A stretch of DNA of 64,000 nucleotides. Origin: Escherichia phage S143_2. The translations under genes were made by a program, and so were the position numbers. Position 1 is the stretch's first letter. Each line of letters opens with the position of its first letter. The DNA is taken from sequence record MZ189261.1; one strand, given 5' to 3'. Positions 19,672-28,312 of the stretch are shown here, one piece after another. The notes under the pieces were generated by a model. The model saw nothing but the letters and a program-made list of their open reading frames with translations. It was not told the origin of the DNA and did no database searches.

Positions 19672-19695
19672 ATTATAACCCTTCCTTGGGTAAAG
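19672..19695 (-). promoter_or_regulatory. sigma70-type early promoter (related to family A)
   Basis: minus strand CTTTAC-ccaaggaagggt-TATAAT upstream of ORF starting 19636. Confidence 0.45.
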
Positions 19696-19698
19696 CGT

Positions 19699-20226
19699 TT
19701 ATGCGTGAACCGTCTTTAAACGTTCTTCAAATTTCCGAAGAGTACTAATACGTTCTGCTTTCTGTTTTGTATAGTTTGCAATACGTTCTGAAGTGAGAGC
19801 GTATCGTTCGTTTACTGTTTCTTTCATGAAGTCAGGGATTTCACGAGAAGCTTTAATTTCATCAAACTTATCGAGTACTGCCTGGTCTTCAGCGATTAAA
19901 TTTTCGTACATCTCGATATCTTTCTTGATAAACTCGATATCTTCCTGGGTTACTTTGGATAAACGAGATGCTTTATCCTTTTTGTACTGCTCGTTAGTTT
20001 CACGAGACCAGAATAATGTACGTTTTTTGTTAGTGTTTTTGTAGACTTCCACAATTCCAACTGAATCGATGATAGCAATCCAATTCCAGCGAGATTTGAA
20101 AATCTGACCTCCGTCCACGGTAATCTCGTTACCATAAGCAACGTCATTAAAGAACTTGCTTTGTGCTTCAGATTTAAATTTACCGTCGTTATAATTTACC
20201 AGGTTGAAAATATCTTTAGCGTTCAT
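19699..20226 (-). CDS. hypothetical protein
   Basis: 175-aa ORF. Confidence 0.5.
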   Translation of the reverse strand: MNAKDIFNLVNYNDGKFKSEAQSKFFNDVAYGNEITVDGGQIFKSRWNWIAIIDSVGIVEVYKNTNKKRTLFWSRETNEQYKKDKASRLSKVTQEDIEFIKKDIEMYENLIAEDQAVLDKFDEIKASREIPDFMKETVNERYALTSERIANYTKQKAERISTLRKFEERLKTVHA

Positions 20227-20239
20227 GTTTTACCTCCAG

Positions 20240-20282
20240 TAGTTGATAGGTCTATAATAACATAACCATAGACCTTGTAAAC
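20240..20282 (-). promoter_or_regulatory. early promoter plus stem-loop module (family C)
   Basis: minus strand GTTTACA-17nt-TATTAT-AGACCTATCAAC; inverted repeat AGGTCTAT/ATAGACCT flanks -10. Confidence 0.5.
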
Positions 20283-20284
20283 AA

Positions 20285-20572
20285 CTAAAAGAAACTTTTT
20301 TCGGTATTTTTTCCACTGAACCAAACAGACTTCGGGATTTTTTGTAATTTTTCAGATTTAAGTTTCTCTTCCTGTTCTTTCTTATATACACTCTTGTCGT
20401 ACTGGAGCATCTCTATGGCATTCTTTTGCAAATGATCTAAGGTAATTAAGGCTTTAGTTTTTCCTTTCAAGGAAGAGTCCTGGCGAACTTCCTCGCTATA
20501 TTGCATCGTAGAACTAACCATACGATGTGCATACAGTTCGACTGCGGCTTTGATTTTTTGCATAAAATCCAT
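20285..20572 (-). CDS. hypothetical protein
   Basis: 95-aa ORF. Confidence 0.4.
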   Translation of the reverse strand: MDFMQKIKAAVELYAHRMVSSTMQYSEEVRQDSSLKGKTKALITLDHLQKNAIEMLQYDKSVYKKEQEEKLKSEKLQKIPKSVWFSGKNTEKSFF

Positions 20573-20710
20573 AACATATCCTCTTTGATTTGTACATCAT
20601 TATTTTTAAATATTTCTATGCCCTCAGTAAGTTCCTAGTGTCCTTCTTTGAGGTAAGCCATATGATTATTCATCTTTATGGCTTTTGTTACCTCAGGACT
20701 TCCTGTAAGC

Positions 20711-21712
20711 TTATTTCAGTAAAGTTACTTCAGAGATTTCCTCCCAACCATCTTTATCAGTTGAAATAAAATCTGCCACATAAAGAGCCGTACGTAATGA
20801 TACATTGCGAAGACGAGATACGTTAGCCTTCATCCAGGACAATGCTTTGTACGTTTCAGCATCAGTCAGACCACGTTTCTGCATCATGTCAGTAGATAAT
20901 ATTACATCTTCAACTCGAACCATAATCTCTTCATTAGAGTGTACTCCAAGATCGAGATATACTGAACGAGATACTAAAGCTTGAAGGTGAGGAGCAAGTT
21001 TCGAACCACGTTCTAACTCTTTATCAATATCAACGTTTGTAATGAAAACGATAGTACCTTCAAACTCAAATTCTTTATCAATACCCTTATCATCGAGATA
21101 AGATGACGCAGTGCTCCAACAAACTTTGCGTTTATCACCGGTATCTAATGCTGCTTTAAGAAGGTTCAAGATGTCCATATCCGAGAATACGTCAACGTCG
21201 TCGATTAAGAGAACGCTGTCTGCATCACGGTTGAGCCAAAGTTGTTCGTAAAGGCCAATACCAGAGATTTTACCATTAATACTTTTGTATTTGATGAAAC
21301 CATTATCATTAGCATTATTAAGTGCTTTATCCAGAGAATACGTCTTACCAATACCTGCTGCACCTGAAATAATGAGTGAACGAATTTTGCCATCGATAAT
21401 ACCATTCGTCATCATGTTCATTACTTTAAAGCGTTTGTTGATACGAGTTTTCATATCTTCAGTGCTTTCAACAACTGCAACTGGTGACGTCTCAACTCCT
21501 TCCATTACGATGTCTGATTTGAAGACCCATACTCCACGTTCAGAACCGTCAATCATAACGAAAATTTTACCATCACCTAAGTGGGAACATTCAGGATTAA
21601 GCTTTGCCGGGAACCAGGTCTTTGTGGCAACATAAGAACCAGAGATTTCGTTATTACGATAGATACCTTTTTTGATTTGAACGTTGAACATTTTATTCTC
21701 CAATTTACTCAT
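20711..21712 (-). CDS. P-loop ATPase (AAA-like)
   Basis: 333 aa; Walker A GAAGIGKT and Walker B LLIDDVD. Confidence 0.6.
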   Translation of the reverse strand: MSKLENKMFNVQIKKGIYRNNEISGSYVATKTWFPAKLNPECSHLGDGKIFVMIDGSERGVWVFKSDIVMEGVETSPVAVVESTEDMKTRINKRFKVMNMMTNGIIDGKIRSLIISGAAGIGKTYSLDKALNNANDNGFIKYKSINGKISGIGLYEQLWLNRDADSVLLIDDVDVFSDMDILNLLKAALDTGDKRKVCWSTASSYLDDKGIDKEFEFEGTIVFITNVDIDKELERGSKLAPHLQALVSRSVYLDLGVHSNEEIMVRVEDVILSTDMMQKRGLTDAETYKALSWMKANVSRLRNVSLRTALYVADFISTDKDGWEEISEVTLLK

Positions 21713-21720
21713 TTCGTTTC

Positions 21721-21758
21721 GATAGGTCTATAATAACATGTTTAAAGCAAAAGTAAAC
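21721..21758 (-). promoter_or_regulatory. early promoter module (family C)
   Basis: minus strand GTTTAC-17nt-TATTAT-AGACCTATC directly upstream of ATPase gene. Confidence 0.45.
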
Positions 21759-21760
21759 AA

Positions 21761-21979
21761 TTATTTGCGACGAGATTTTTTGGTAAGAGGTTGAAAGAAC
21801 ACTGCTTTACCGGCTGGGGTTAAGGTGACTCGTAATGCATTACCGATTCCTAAGGATGCTTTAACTAGACCTTTAGCTTTCAGTTCACCGAATGCTTGAC
21901 GTTGGTCTGCGTCACGAGTGTTAACCATAAGACCTTTATCACCTGCTTCACGAATCATTTCTAACATTTTGGTTTTCAT
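21761..21979 (-). CDS. hypothetical protein (start corrected to ATG 21979)
   Basis: 72 aa MKTKMLEMIREAGDKG...; track start 22036 lies in promoter module. Confidence 0.4.
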   Translation of the reverse strand: MKTKMLEMIREAGDKGLMVNTRDADQRQAFGELKAKGLVKASLGIGNALRVTLTPAGKAVFFQPLTKKSRRK

Positions 21980-22066
21980 TTTGTTCTCCTCTTGTTTTGA
22001 TAGGTCTATAGTATCATATCCTAAAAGCATGTACACTACTTTTTAAAAATATTTTAACCCCCTAAA

Positions 22067-22082
22067 GGGACCCGAAGGTCCC
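22067..22082 (-). other. stable stem-loop with UUCG tetraloop (GGGACC-UUCG-GGUCCC)
   Basis: perfect 6-bp stem; located 5 nt after stop of gene 22088..22369. Confidence 0.45.
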
Positions 22083-22087
22083 CACAT

Positions 22088-22369
22088 TTACTTATCGCAC
22101 TTAGCAACATAATTAGGCATATCACAGAATACGGAGCGAGTAACTACTCGGCCCTTTGACCATGCTTCAGTTGCTTGTCCGGCCGTGCTATTAATATAGC
22201 TTGATCTAATGTTCTCAATACCCTGAGAATGTGATGCATTTACCGAACCATTAGAAGGCCCAGAAGACTGGTTACCACCAGCTCCTGCACTACCACCAGC
22301 AGCACCCGTGGTAGCACCAACAGAGAATGCCATCATTACTGCGAATAAACCAATTACTAATTTTTTCAT
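22088..22369 (-). CDS. secreted Gly/Ser-rich protein
   Basis: 93 aa; N-terminal signal peptide MKKLVIGLFAVMMAFSVGA; low-complexity G/S/A linker; two C-terminal Cys. Confidence 0.5.
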   Translation of the reverse strand: MKKLVIGLFAVMMAFSVGATTGAAGGSAGAGGNQSSGPSNGSVNASHSQGIENIRSSYINSTAGQATEAWSKGRVVTRSVFCDMPNYVAKCDK

Positions 22370-22400
22370 ATTTACCTCAAGTTAATGGTTATTTATCTAC

Positions 22401-23390
22401 TTATTTATAGTAAGAATTATGATTTTCGAGATAGACTTGTTCAAGGAAGTCATCCCAGAAACTCATATCTACTTTTTGTTGCATACCGTTCTTGGCAGCT
22501 TGTTCTGACGCATGTTCAACTTGGTCAACGATATCTTCTAGGAATTCTTGTACAGTTTTAAAAGTATGTTTACCAAGCTTAACATCGAGAATAAATGGAG
22601 CATCCTGAAGTGGGTAAACCAGGTCGCCTGTTTTGTAAATTTCCAATAATTGAAGTCCACCACGGCATGCATGACTCAATGCTTTCCAGTCAATACCTTC
22701 GTTAGCTTCTGCTTTACGAGCACGTTCGCCATAGTTCTCTTCTAGTTTAACAAGGATGGCATTGAACTCTTTATTGGTTAACGTGTCTTGGAATTTACGG
22801 TCTAACAGATTATAGAATGTTTGCTTACCTGTTTTCTCGTTTTCGGTTTCAACCCATGAAGCAAATTCACCTACAGGCAGAACATTCTTCATATGTGATA
22901 AACGAATTACTGCACCATTATCAAAGTATTGTCCCCATTCATTAGAACGTTTAAGGGCTTGACGAAGAACAGCCAGTCGAGAACCCTTGACACCGTATTT
23001 AGAAGCTTGCTTACGGACATACCCTAAATAAGATTTCATGTTAGTGGTATAGAAACGAGACCTGTTATCTTGAATATACTTCCATACATCAGGCAAATCA
23101 GATTTAACTACTAGACTTGGTGGAGTGTGAAGCATATCTAATGCGACGGTTTCACCATCCGCAGCTAGTTTAAAGAAATATTTGAGACTATACAACTCAT
23201 GGTCCACGTCGTCTTTTGTGTTCTTAGAAGATGTGTTATTCGTGTTCTTGCTCATATGTTCTTTAACGTTACCGGTCAAAATATCACGAGCATGAGGGAC
23301 ATAAATTTCTTTAAAATCGACGTCAGATTCAGGAGTAGACGTTCCATAAAGGTGGCTACCAAAGTAGCCTTTCATAATTGTTTTCATCAT
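22401..23390 (-). CDS. nucleotidyltransferase-fold protein (pol-beta-like NTase)
   Basis: 329 aa; N-terminal GSHLYGTSTPESDVDF (G[SG]-x9-13-DxD) followed by helical C-terminal region. Confidence 0.5.
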   Translation of the reverse strand: MMKTIMKGYFGSHLYGTSTPESDVDFKEIYVPHARDILTGNVKEHMSKNTNNTSSKNTKDDVDHELYSLKYFFKLAADGETVALDMLHTPPSLVVKSDLPDVWKYIQDNRSRFYTTNMKSYLGYVRKQASKYGVKGSRLAVLRQALKRSNEWGQYFDNGAVIRLSHMKNVLPVGEFASWVETENEKTGKQTFYNLLDRKFQDTLTNKEFNAILVKLEENYGERARKAEANEGIDWKALSHACRGGLQLLEIYKTGDLVYPLQDAPFILDVKLGKHTFKTVQEFLEDIVDQVEHASEQAAKNGMQQKVDMSFWDDFLEQVYLENHNSYYK

Positions 23391-23860
23391 TTAGCCTTAT
23401 ATTCAAGAGTAGGACAGACTTTTTCTTTACGAGCTTTAAGGTATTCACCTATTAATGATTTCTTACGTTCAATAGGCCCAAGTCCATTTTTAATTCGTTC
23501 TTGGTTTTGCGCAATGAGCTCAATTTCTTTATAATATTTTCTGTCGTTATATTTGTCTAACAGCCAAGACGGACCAATTATCAATCCGGCAGAAATAAAA
23601 GCCATGACTGCTACCATTAAAATGCCTACACCAATTGAGGCCGGAACTAATGTCCATAGACTGCTAAAAACAAAGAATTTAGTTAAAATTTCCTGGCCAA
23701 TGATTGTGACTGCTGCTAAAATCGCAAATACAATAATTGAAACAGCCAATACAGGGATTAACGTTTTCCAAAAATAAGCACACAACGTTTTCGGACGATT
23801 CCATGTACTATTGAACGCGGCATAAATTTTAAAGTGCCAAGAGTTTTCATTGATAATCAT
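23387..23860 (-). CDS. membrane protein
   Basis: 157 aa; three predicted TM helices. Confidence 0.5.
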   Translation of the reverse strand: MIINENSWHFKIYAAFNSTWNRPKTLCAYFWKTLIPVLAVSIIVFAILAAVTIIGQEILTKFFVFSSLWTLVPASIGVGILMVAVMAFISAGLIIGPSWLLDKYNDRKYYKEIELIAQNQERIKNGLGPIERKKSLIGEYLKARKEKVCPTLEYKAK

Positions 23861-23869
23861 AATAATTCC

Positions 23870-24400
23870 TTATTTCAAAGTTGGGATAATGGAATCGAGA
23901 TAAGCTTTAAGAGCTACAGCTTCGTCTTTGGTAAATGTAGTAACATGTGAACGTAAATCATCATTTTGGCGAATAGTTACGACATCACCATCTTCATAAG
24001 AATTCATGACTGCCAAAGTCGTGGTATAGTTTGGAGCTATTGGATTAATAATGTAAGCACCACGACTGATACCCCATTTAAGTTTAGCCTTTTCAGGTGG
24101 TTCGGATTCCAAGAATTCTTTCACCTTAGCAACGAATGTTTTCCAGTTATCGATAGAAAGGCATTTGTCTTCAGTTTCGATATTAGCACCGTTATAAAGC
24201 CCATGATAAAAACGAGCCTGAAGGTCTCCACCAATATTAATTGCCGATGCATGACCAGGCGGATTGAGTTTCAAAATCTCGTCTAGTTCCATAGGACAAA
24301 TAGTAATACCATCATCTTCCTGAGTCAGAACGTATACATTACCACGTTTTTCGATAGTCAAATCACCGAACAGTTCGGTTGTTTCAATTACAGTTTTCAT
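23870..24400 (-). CDS. hypothetical protein (start corrected to ATG 24400)
   Basis: 176 aa from MKTVIETTELF...; track start 24412 is TTG. Confidence 0.5.
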   Translation of the reverse strand: MKTVIETTELFGDLTIEKRGNVYVLTQEDDGITICPMELDEILKLNPPGHASAINIGGDLQARFYHGLYNGANIETEDKCLSIDNWKTFVAKVKEFLESEPPEKAKLKWGISRGAYIINPIAPNYTTTLAVMNSYEDGDVVTIRQNDDLRSHVTTFTKDEAVALKAYLDSIIPTLK

Positions 24401-24401
24401 A

Positions 24402-24581
24402 TTATTCACCAATTAAAGTTTCAACAAAATTCACCAAATCATTCTGACGAGAATCAACTTGTTTTTCATAAAAGTCTCCACAGTCATTTACTGCATGATA
24501 AGCTACATCATTTAAATCTGAATCAGCTTCACGTAAGTCATGGATAAGGTCCATCAATTTATTAGCTTGTTCACGGGTCAT
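24402..24581 (-). CDS. hypothetical small acidic protein (59 aa)
   Basis: ATG at 24581; MTREQANKLMDLIHDLREADSDLNDVAYHAVNDCGDFYEK...; below track cutoff. Confidence 0.3.
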   Translation of the reverse strand: MTREQANKLMDLIHDLREADSDLNDVAYHAVNDCGDFYEKQVDSRQNDLVNFVETLIGE

Positions 24582-24704
24582 TTTACCATACTCGTTTCAA
24601 TAAGATTCACTATGCCGTTTACCATGTTATAAGTAAACATCGGATAATTGTATTGTACTACAACATAAGCGATAAGCAAAAGTTTCATTTTGTTCTCCGT
24701 TTGT

Positions 24705-24736
24705 TTTGATAGGACTACTATAACATAGTCCTACCA
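24705..24736 (-). promoter_or_regulatory. early promoter plus stem-loop module (family C)
   Basis: minus strand GTTTAC-atcttggTAGGACTATgtTATAGTAGTCCTATCAAAAC. Confidence 0.5.
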
Positions 24737-24745
24737 AGATGTAAA

Positions 24746-24982
24746 CTACCGATTGTGTTTTAAATGTTGATAAAGTTCTTCAACTTGTTTAGGGTCCAAA
24801 ACAATTAGGTCATTTTCTTGGCGAAGATAAATCCATCCCTTATCCCCAGGACCATTTTTACAAAACATCACCGTCGTCATATCGTCATCTTCAGCGCTTT
24901 CAGGTAAAAGTTCAAGTACACCGTCTTCAGATTTTCCAGTATAATCGTAAAGCATAATATCCTCACATAATCTCGTTAACAT
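24746..24982 (-). CDS. hypothetical protein
   Basis: 78-aa ORF. Confidence 0.4.
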   Translation of the reverse strand: MLTRLCEDIMLYDYTGKSEDGVLELLPESAEDDDMTTVMFCKNGPGDKGWIYLRQENDLIVLDPKQVEELYQHLKHNR

Positions 24983-25142
24983 ACATTTGCAATTCGGAGT
25001 GGGCTTCGGCCATCTTTTTCATAGCTCTGTTAATGTCGATGTCTCCATCTTCGCAACCATGAGCATTTTCCCAATCAGATACCGCATTAGCGTACTCTTC
25101 AATCAAAAACATTAACTTAGAAATTTTTTCTTTACGTGACAT
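24963..25142 (-). CDS. hypothetical protein (start corrected to ATG 25142)
   Basis: 59 aa MSRKEKISKL...; preceded by GAGGAG. Confidence 0.4.
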   Translation of the reverse strand: MSRKEKISKLMFLIEEYANAVSDWENAHGCEDGDIDINRAMKKMAEAHSELQMYVNEIM

Positions 25143-25148
25143 AACGTT

Positions 25149-25198
25149 CTCCTCTAGTAAGTAAGGACTACTATAACACAACCTGAGGAGAAGTAAAC
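25149..25198 (-). promoter_or_regulatory. early promoter module with SD-complementary upstream arm
   Basis: minus strand GTTTAC-ttCTCCTCaggttgtgt-TATAGT-...-GAGGAG-aacgttATG; CTCCTC can pair with SD GAGGAG. Confidence 0.5.
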
Positions 25199-25243
25199 TG
25201 ATAGATGCCAAAAAGCCCCAACCATAAGGAAGGGGCTAGTAAA

Positions 25244-25546
25244 TTAGATAGATGTAGGCTCTAATTTTATTTTCATGAACTCGGCAAATTGTCTGGCAGT
25301 TTTTATGCCTTGTTCATGACATTCAAATGCATCATCACAGGGGCTATTTTTGTAATGCTTTGCCATATACTTATAGAATTTTTCAGAATTCTCTACATTT
25401 TGAATTTCAAACAAAGTATATACGTTTTTAATCCCTGATTCCATAAAGTTATCAAAATATGGGTCGGTGTACGCAGTACCAACGATAGGAGTTGTTGCTG
25501 CAAAAAACCCCAGCATCGCCATGACAGCTATCGCTCTTAAGGCCAT
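25244..25546 (-). CDS. rI: lysis inhibition regulator rI (periplasmic antiholin-binding)
   Basis: 100 aa; signal-anchor then DPYFDNFMESGIKNVYTLFE... closely resembles T4 RI. Confidence 0.8.
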   Translation of the reverse strand: MALRAIAVMAMLGFFAATTPIVGTAYTDPYFDNFMESGIKNVYTLFEIQNVENSEKFYKYMAKHYKNSPCDDAFECHEQGIKTARQFAEFMKIKLEPTSI

Positions 25547-25558
25547 ATAGGCCTCCTG

Positions 25559-25771
25559 TTAATTTTGGCCAGTATTTATTTTTCGCCTTTGGACGGCCTT
25601 AACATCTGTGAGGTATTTTTCCAGCTTGCGCTTGCGTGTATAATCAGCTTTAGAACCAGTTTGACGGATATCCTCGTTTAAATGAGAAATAGAATGTCCT
25701 AATTCTCTTCGGATTTCATCCAATTGGGCTACAGTAAGATTACGAAGTTGTCTTTCGTTTAATTGCTGCAT
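25559..25771 (-). CDS. hypothetical protein
   Basis: 70-aa ORF between tk and rI. Confidence 0.4.
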   Translation of the reverse strand: MQQLNERQLRNLTVAQLDEIRRELGHSISHLNEDIRQTGSKADYTRKRKLEKYLTDVKAVQRRKINTGQN

Positions 25772-25798
25772 ATATACCTCTTGGTTAGATATTAGTAT

Positions 25799-26380
25799 TT
25801 ATAACAACCCTGTCAAATCATTCCAATGCTTCCGGCATAATGACACATATCTATCAGTATCACCAATTTCAATTTGACTGCCATCTGTAATTGGAAGTCC
25901 GTCTTCCGTGACTCTAGCTACCATTGTGGCCTTTTTACCACAATGACAGACACCTTTAAGTTCAACAAGCTTATCGGCAATAGCCATTAATGCTTGAGAA
26001 CCTTCAAATAGATTACCTTTAAAATCTGTTCGTAGTCCATATGCCATTACCGGCACATTGTATACGTCAACAATACGACTAAGTTGATACACCTTTTCAG
26101 TAGTTAAGAATTGAGCTTCGTCAACAAATACACAATGAATATCCTTTTGTGCTGCAGCCCATTTATAGAATTCAAAGATATCCATGTCTTTTGTAATTAT
26201 ATTGGCGTCCTGACGAATACCAATACGAGAGACTATTTCACCTTTTGAATCGCGAGTATCAATAGCCGGTTTAAGAACTAATACACCCATGCCACGTTCT
26301 TTATAGTTATGAGCGGCAGTAAGTAATGAAGCAGACTTACCAGCGTTCATAGCGGCATATGTAAAAATTAAACTAGCCAT
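25799..26380 (-). CDS. tk: thymidine kinase
   Basis: 193 aa; P-loop NAGKSASLL; C-terminal Zn cluster CHCG...C; T4 Tk same length. Confidence 0.9.
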   Translation of the reverse strand: MASLIFTYAAMNAGKSASLLTAAHNYKERGMGVLVLKPAIDTRDSKGEIVSRIGIRQDANIITKDMDIFEFYKWAAAQKDIHCVFVDEAQFLTTEKVYQLSRIVDVYNVPVMAYGLRTDFKGNLFEGSQALMAIADKLVELKGVCHCGKKATMVARVTEDGLPITDGSQIEIGDTDRYVSLCRKHWNDLTGLL

Positions 26381-26570
26381 AAGAGTCCTTAGTTAAATTT
26401 TCTAAATATGTTTCTAAATCATTTTCAGCTTTATCGATAGATTTTACTAATTCGTAGTATGTTTCAGCATCTCCATAATCCGAAGCCAATTCAAAAGATA
26501 AATCTCGTTCTAAACTAATAATTTCGCTGATTAAAAATCGTATTTCATTCTTTTGTTCGCGAGTAATCAT
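26373..26570 (-). CDS. hypothetical protein
   Basis: 65-aa ORF. Confidence 0.4.
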   Translation of the reverse strand: MITREQKNEIRFLISEIISLERDLSFELASDYGDAETYYELVKSIDKAENDLETYLENLTKDSYG

Positions 26571-26773
26571 AAGGAATTTATATAATCAATAAGTTCTTGT
26601 TCTTTATCGTCGAAATCTTTACACAGTTCTTCGTATTCGTCGGTATTAAAAGGACCGCATTCATCGCAAACTTTTTCCAATTCACTATTTTTATCCATAA
26701 CTTCGTGAATAAGAGAAAATAGTATGTCTTTTTGTTCTTTACTTAAACTCATAACCATGTAACCTTTAAGCAA
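26567..26773 (-). CDS. hypothetical acidic protein
   Basis: 68-aa ORF. Confidence 0.4.
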   Translation of the reverse strand: MLKGYMVMSLSKEQKDILFSLIHEVMDKNSELEKVCDECGPFNTDEYEELCKDFDDKEQELIDYINSL

Positions 26774-26976
26774 TATTCTTCTACATGTTGTTTACGACCT
26801 TTCTTATCAATAAAGGTATATTCAACGAATGTTCCGATGTAGTCTTTATCTACATCATGTGGACTATTAATTGGACATTTAGTACGACAAATGCGTTCCC
26901 ATTGACGAATAATTACTGCTTTATTTTTAGGATCAAACGGATGTGGGTAATGCACATTCATAATAATGGTTCCCAA
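26749..26976 (-). CDS. hypothetical protein
   Basis: 75-aa ORF. Confidence 0.4.
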   Translation of the reverse strand: MGTIIMNVHYPHPFDPKNKAVIIRQWERICRTKCPINSPHDVDKDYIGTFVEYTFIDKKGRKQHVEEYCLKVTWL

Positions 26977-27455
26977 TCAACAATCACAATTTCTAGTTTA
27001 GTGGAATATGTATCAAGAATTTCTTCAATGATATCCCAGTTTCCACCACCTATACCTGCACCAATTCTTGGCATATAAATTACAGGCTTTGTTATCTTAT
27101 TTTTTCCGAATTCATTTAATTCTATTATACAATTCGTTAAAGCATAGTACTCAAAATTAGGTCCCGGCTCAAACTGTGTATAAAGATTAAAGCAATAAGC
27201 TTTATGGGTCTTAAAATATTTTTCATAAACCGAATAAGTCCCGAGTTTAGACTCGTCTCCGAATTCGGTTTGAAGTTTATCGGCTTCTAGAATTTTTGGA
27301 TAAGCCTTTGCTAATTGTCCTGCCACACCGGCGCCCATTGTATGAAAACAATTACACCCATGAGCTATATTATTACCTTTAGAAAACAGGGCGACAATAT
27401 CGCCCTTGATATAGTTTTTAATCACTTGCTGCAAGTCCTCTAGTATAAGAGTCAA
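26958..27455 (-). CDS. macro-domain protein (ADP-ribose binding/hydrolase fold)
   Basis: 165 aa; GDIVALFSKGNNIAHGCNC...MGAGVAGQLAKA resembles macro-domain Gly-rich diphosphate-binding loop (compare viral X-domain GGGVAGAL). Confidence 0.55.
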   Translation of the reverse strand: MTLILEDLQQVIKNYIKGDIVALFSKGNNIAHGCNCFHTMGAGVAGQLAKAYPKILEADKLQTEFGDESKLGTYSVYEKYFKTHKAYCFNLYTQFEPGPNFEYYALTNCIIELNEFGKNKITKPVIYMPRIGAGIGGGNWDIIEEILDTYSTKLEIVIVDWEPLL

Positions 27456-27765
27456 CTAGACGGTCCACCATAGAATTGCATGCTGCCTTATCTTTAGGTT
27501 CCGCCACCGAGCATTCTAATATTTGCCATTTTTTATAGTATCTTTTAATTAAGGTAGACGCCTTGAACCTACTAGACGCCCCATCTTTTTCTCCGTCTTT
27601 ATACGCATATAACAATTTTTGTGAAAAATCTACTTTACACTCTTGACTTTTACCACAATAATCAGACGCCGTTCTGTTTGTATACTCCGTTACATCAGTA
27701 TATGTAGTATTAGCAAGAGCGCTAAATGAAACCAAGCCAACTATTAAAGCCAACATTTTGGTCAT
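27418..27765 (-). CDS. secreted Cys-containing protein (115 aa; occupies T4 vs position)
   Basis: N-terminal signal peptide MTKMLALIVGLVSFSALA; 5 Cys. Confidence 0.5.
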   Translation of the reverse strand: MTKMLALIVGLVSFSALANTTYTDVTEYTNRTASDYCGKSQECKVDFSQKLLYAYKDGEKDGASSRFKASTLIKRYYKKWQILECSVAEPKDKAACNSMVDRLVDSYTRGLAASD

Positions 27766-28304
27766 TCTTTTATTTCCAGTAGTTTATTTGATTTAAGGTA
27801 ATTAGCCTTTTCTAGGACTTCAGAAGCATATTTACTTCCAGCACTTGTCTTCCATCCCGCATTATATGAGGATATAGCTTTTCTTATATCCCCGTTATGT
27901 ATATTTAACCAATAAGAAAATTCGATATAAGCCCATCTGGCTGAATTAGACCGCTTAGATAGCATTTTCTTAATTTGGGCATCAGTCATATTATAACCAA
28001 GCTGGTTAATTCTTGCCCTCATTGTTGGTAGATAATTTTGGAACATTCCATACGCATGGTGACCTTTCTTATTTTTAAGATTAATACCGGCAGATGATTC
28101 CTGCCATAGTATTGCGGCCATTATGTATCCAAGTCCTTTCTTATGCATATTTTCATGCGTTTTAAATTTTCCATCCTTAGAAAACTGTTCCCCAAACTGA
28201 TAAGCATAATTCAAGTTATCGAGTTGGACATTACTAAAAGTATGCTCGGAGCTATGTGCTGATAACGAAAGAGCAAATAGACCAGCGAGTAGTGCTTTTC
28301 TCAT
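27762..28304 (-). CDS. secreted lytic transglycosylase (SLT domain)
   Basis: 180 aa; signal peptide; SLT family motifs ILWQESSAG (catalytic ES), GMFQ, SYNAGW. Confidence 0.6.
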   Translation of the reverse strand: MRKALLAGLFALSLSAHSSEHTFSNVQLDNLNYAYQFGEQFSKDGKFKTHENMHKKGLGYIMAAILWQESSAGINLKNKKGHHAYGMFQNYLPTMRARINQLGYNMTDAQIKKMLSKRSNSARWAYIEFSYWLNIHNGDIRKAISSYNAGWKTSAGSKYASEVLEKANYLKSNKLLEIKE

Positions 28305-28312
28305 GTTTACCT

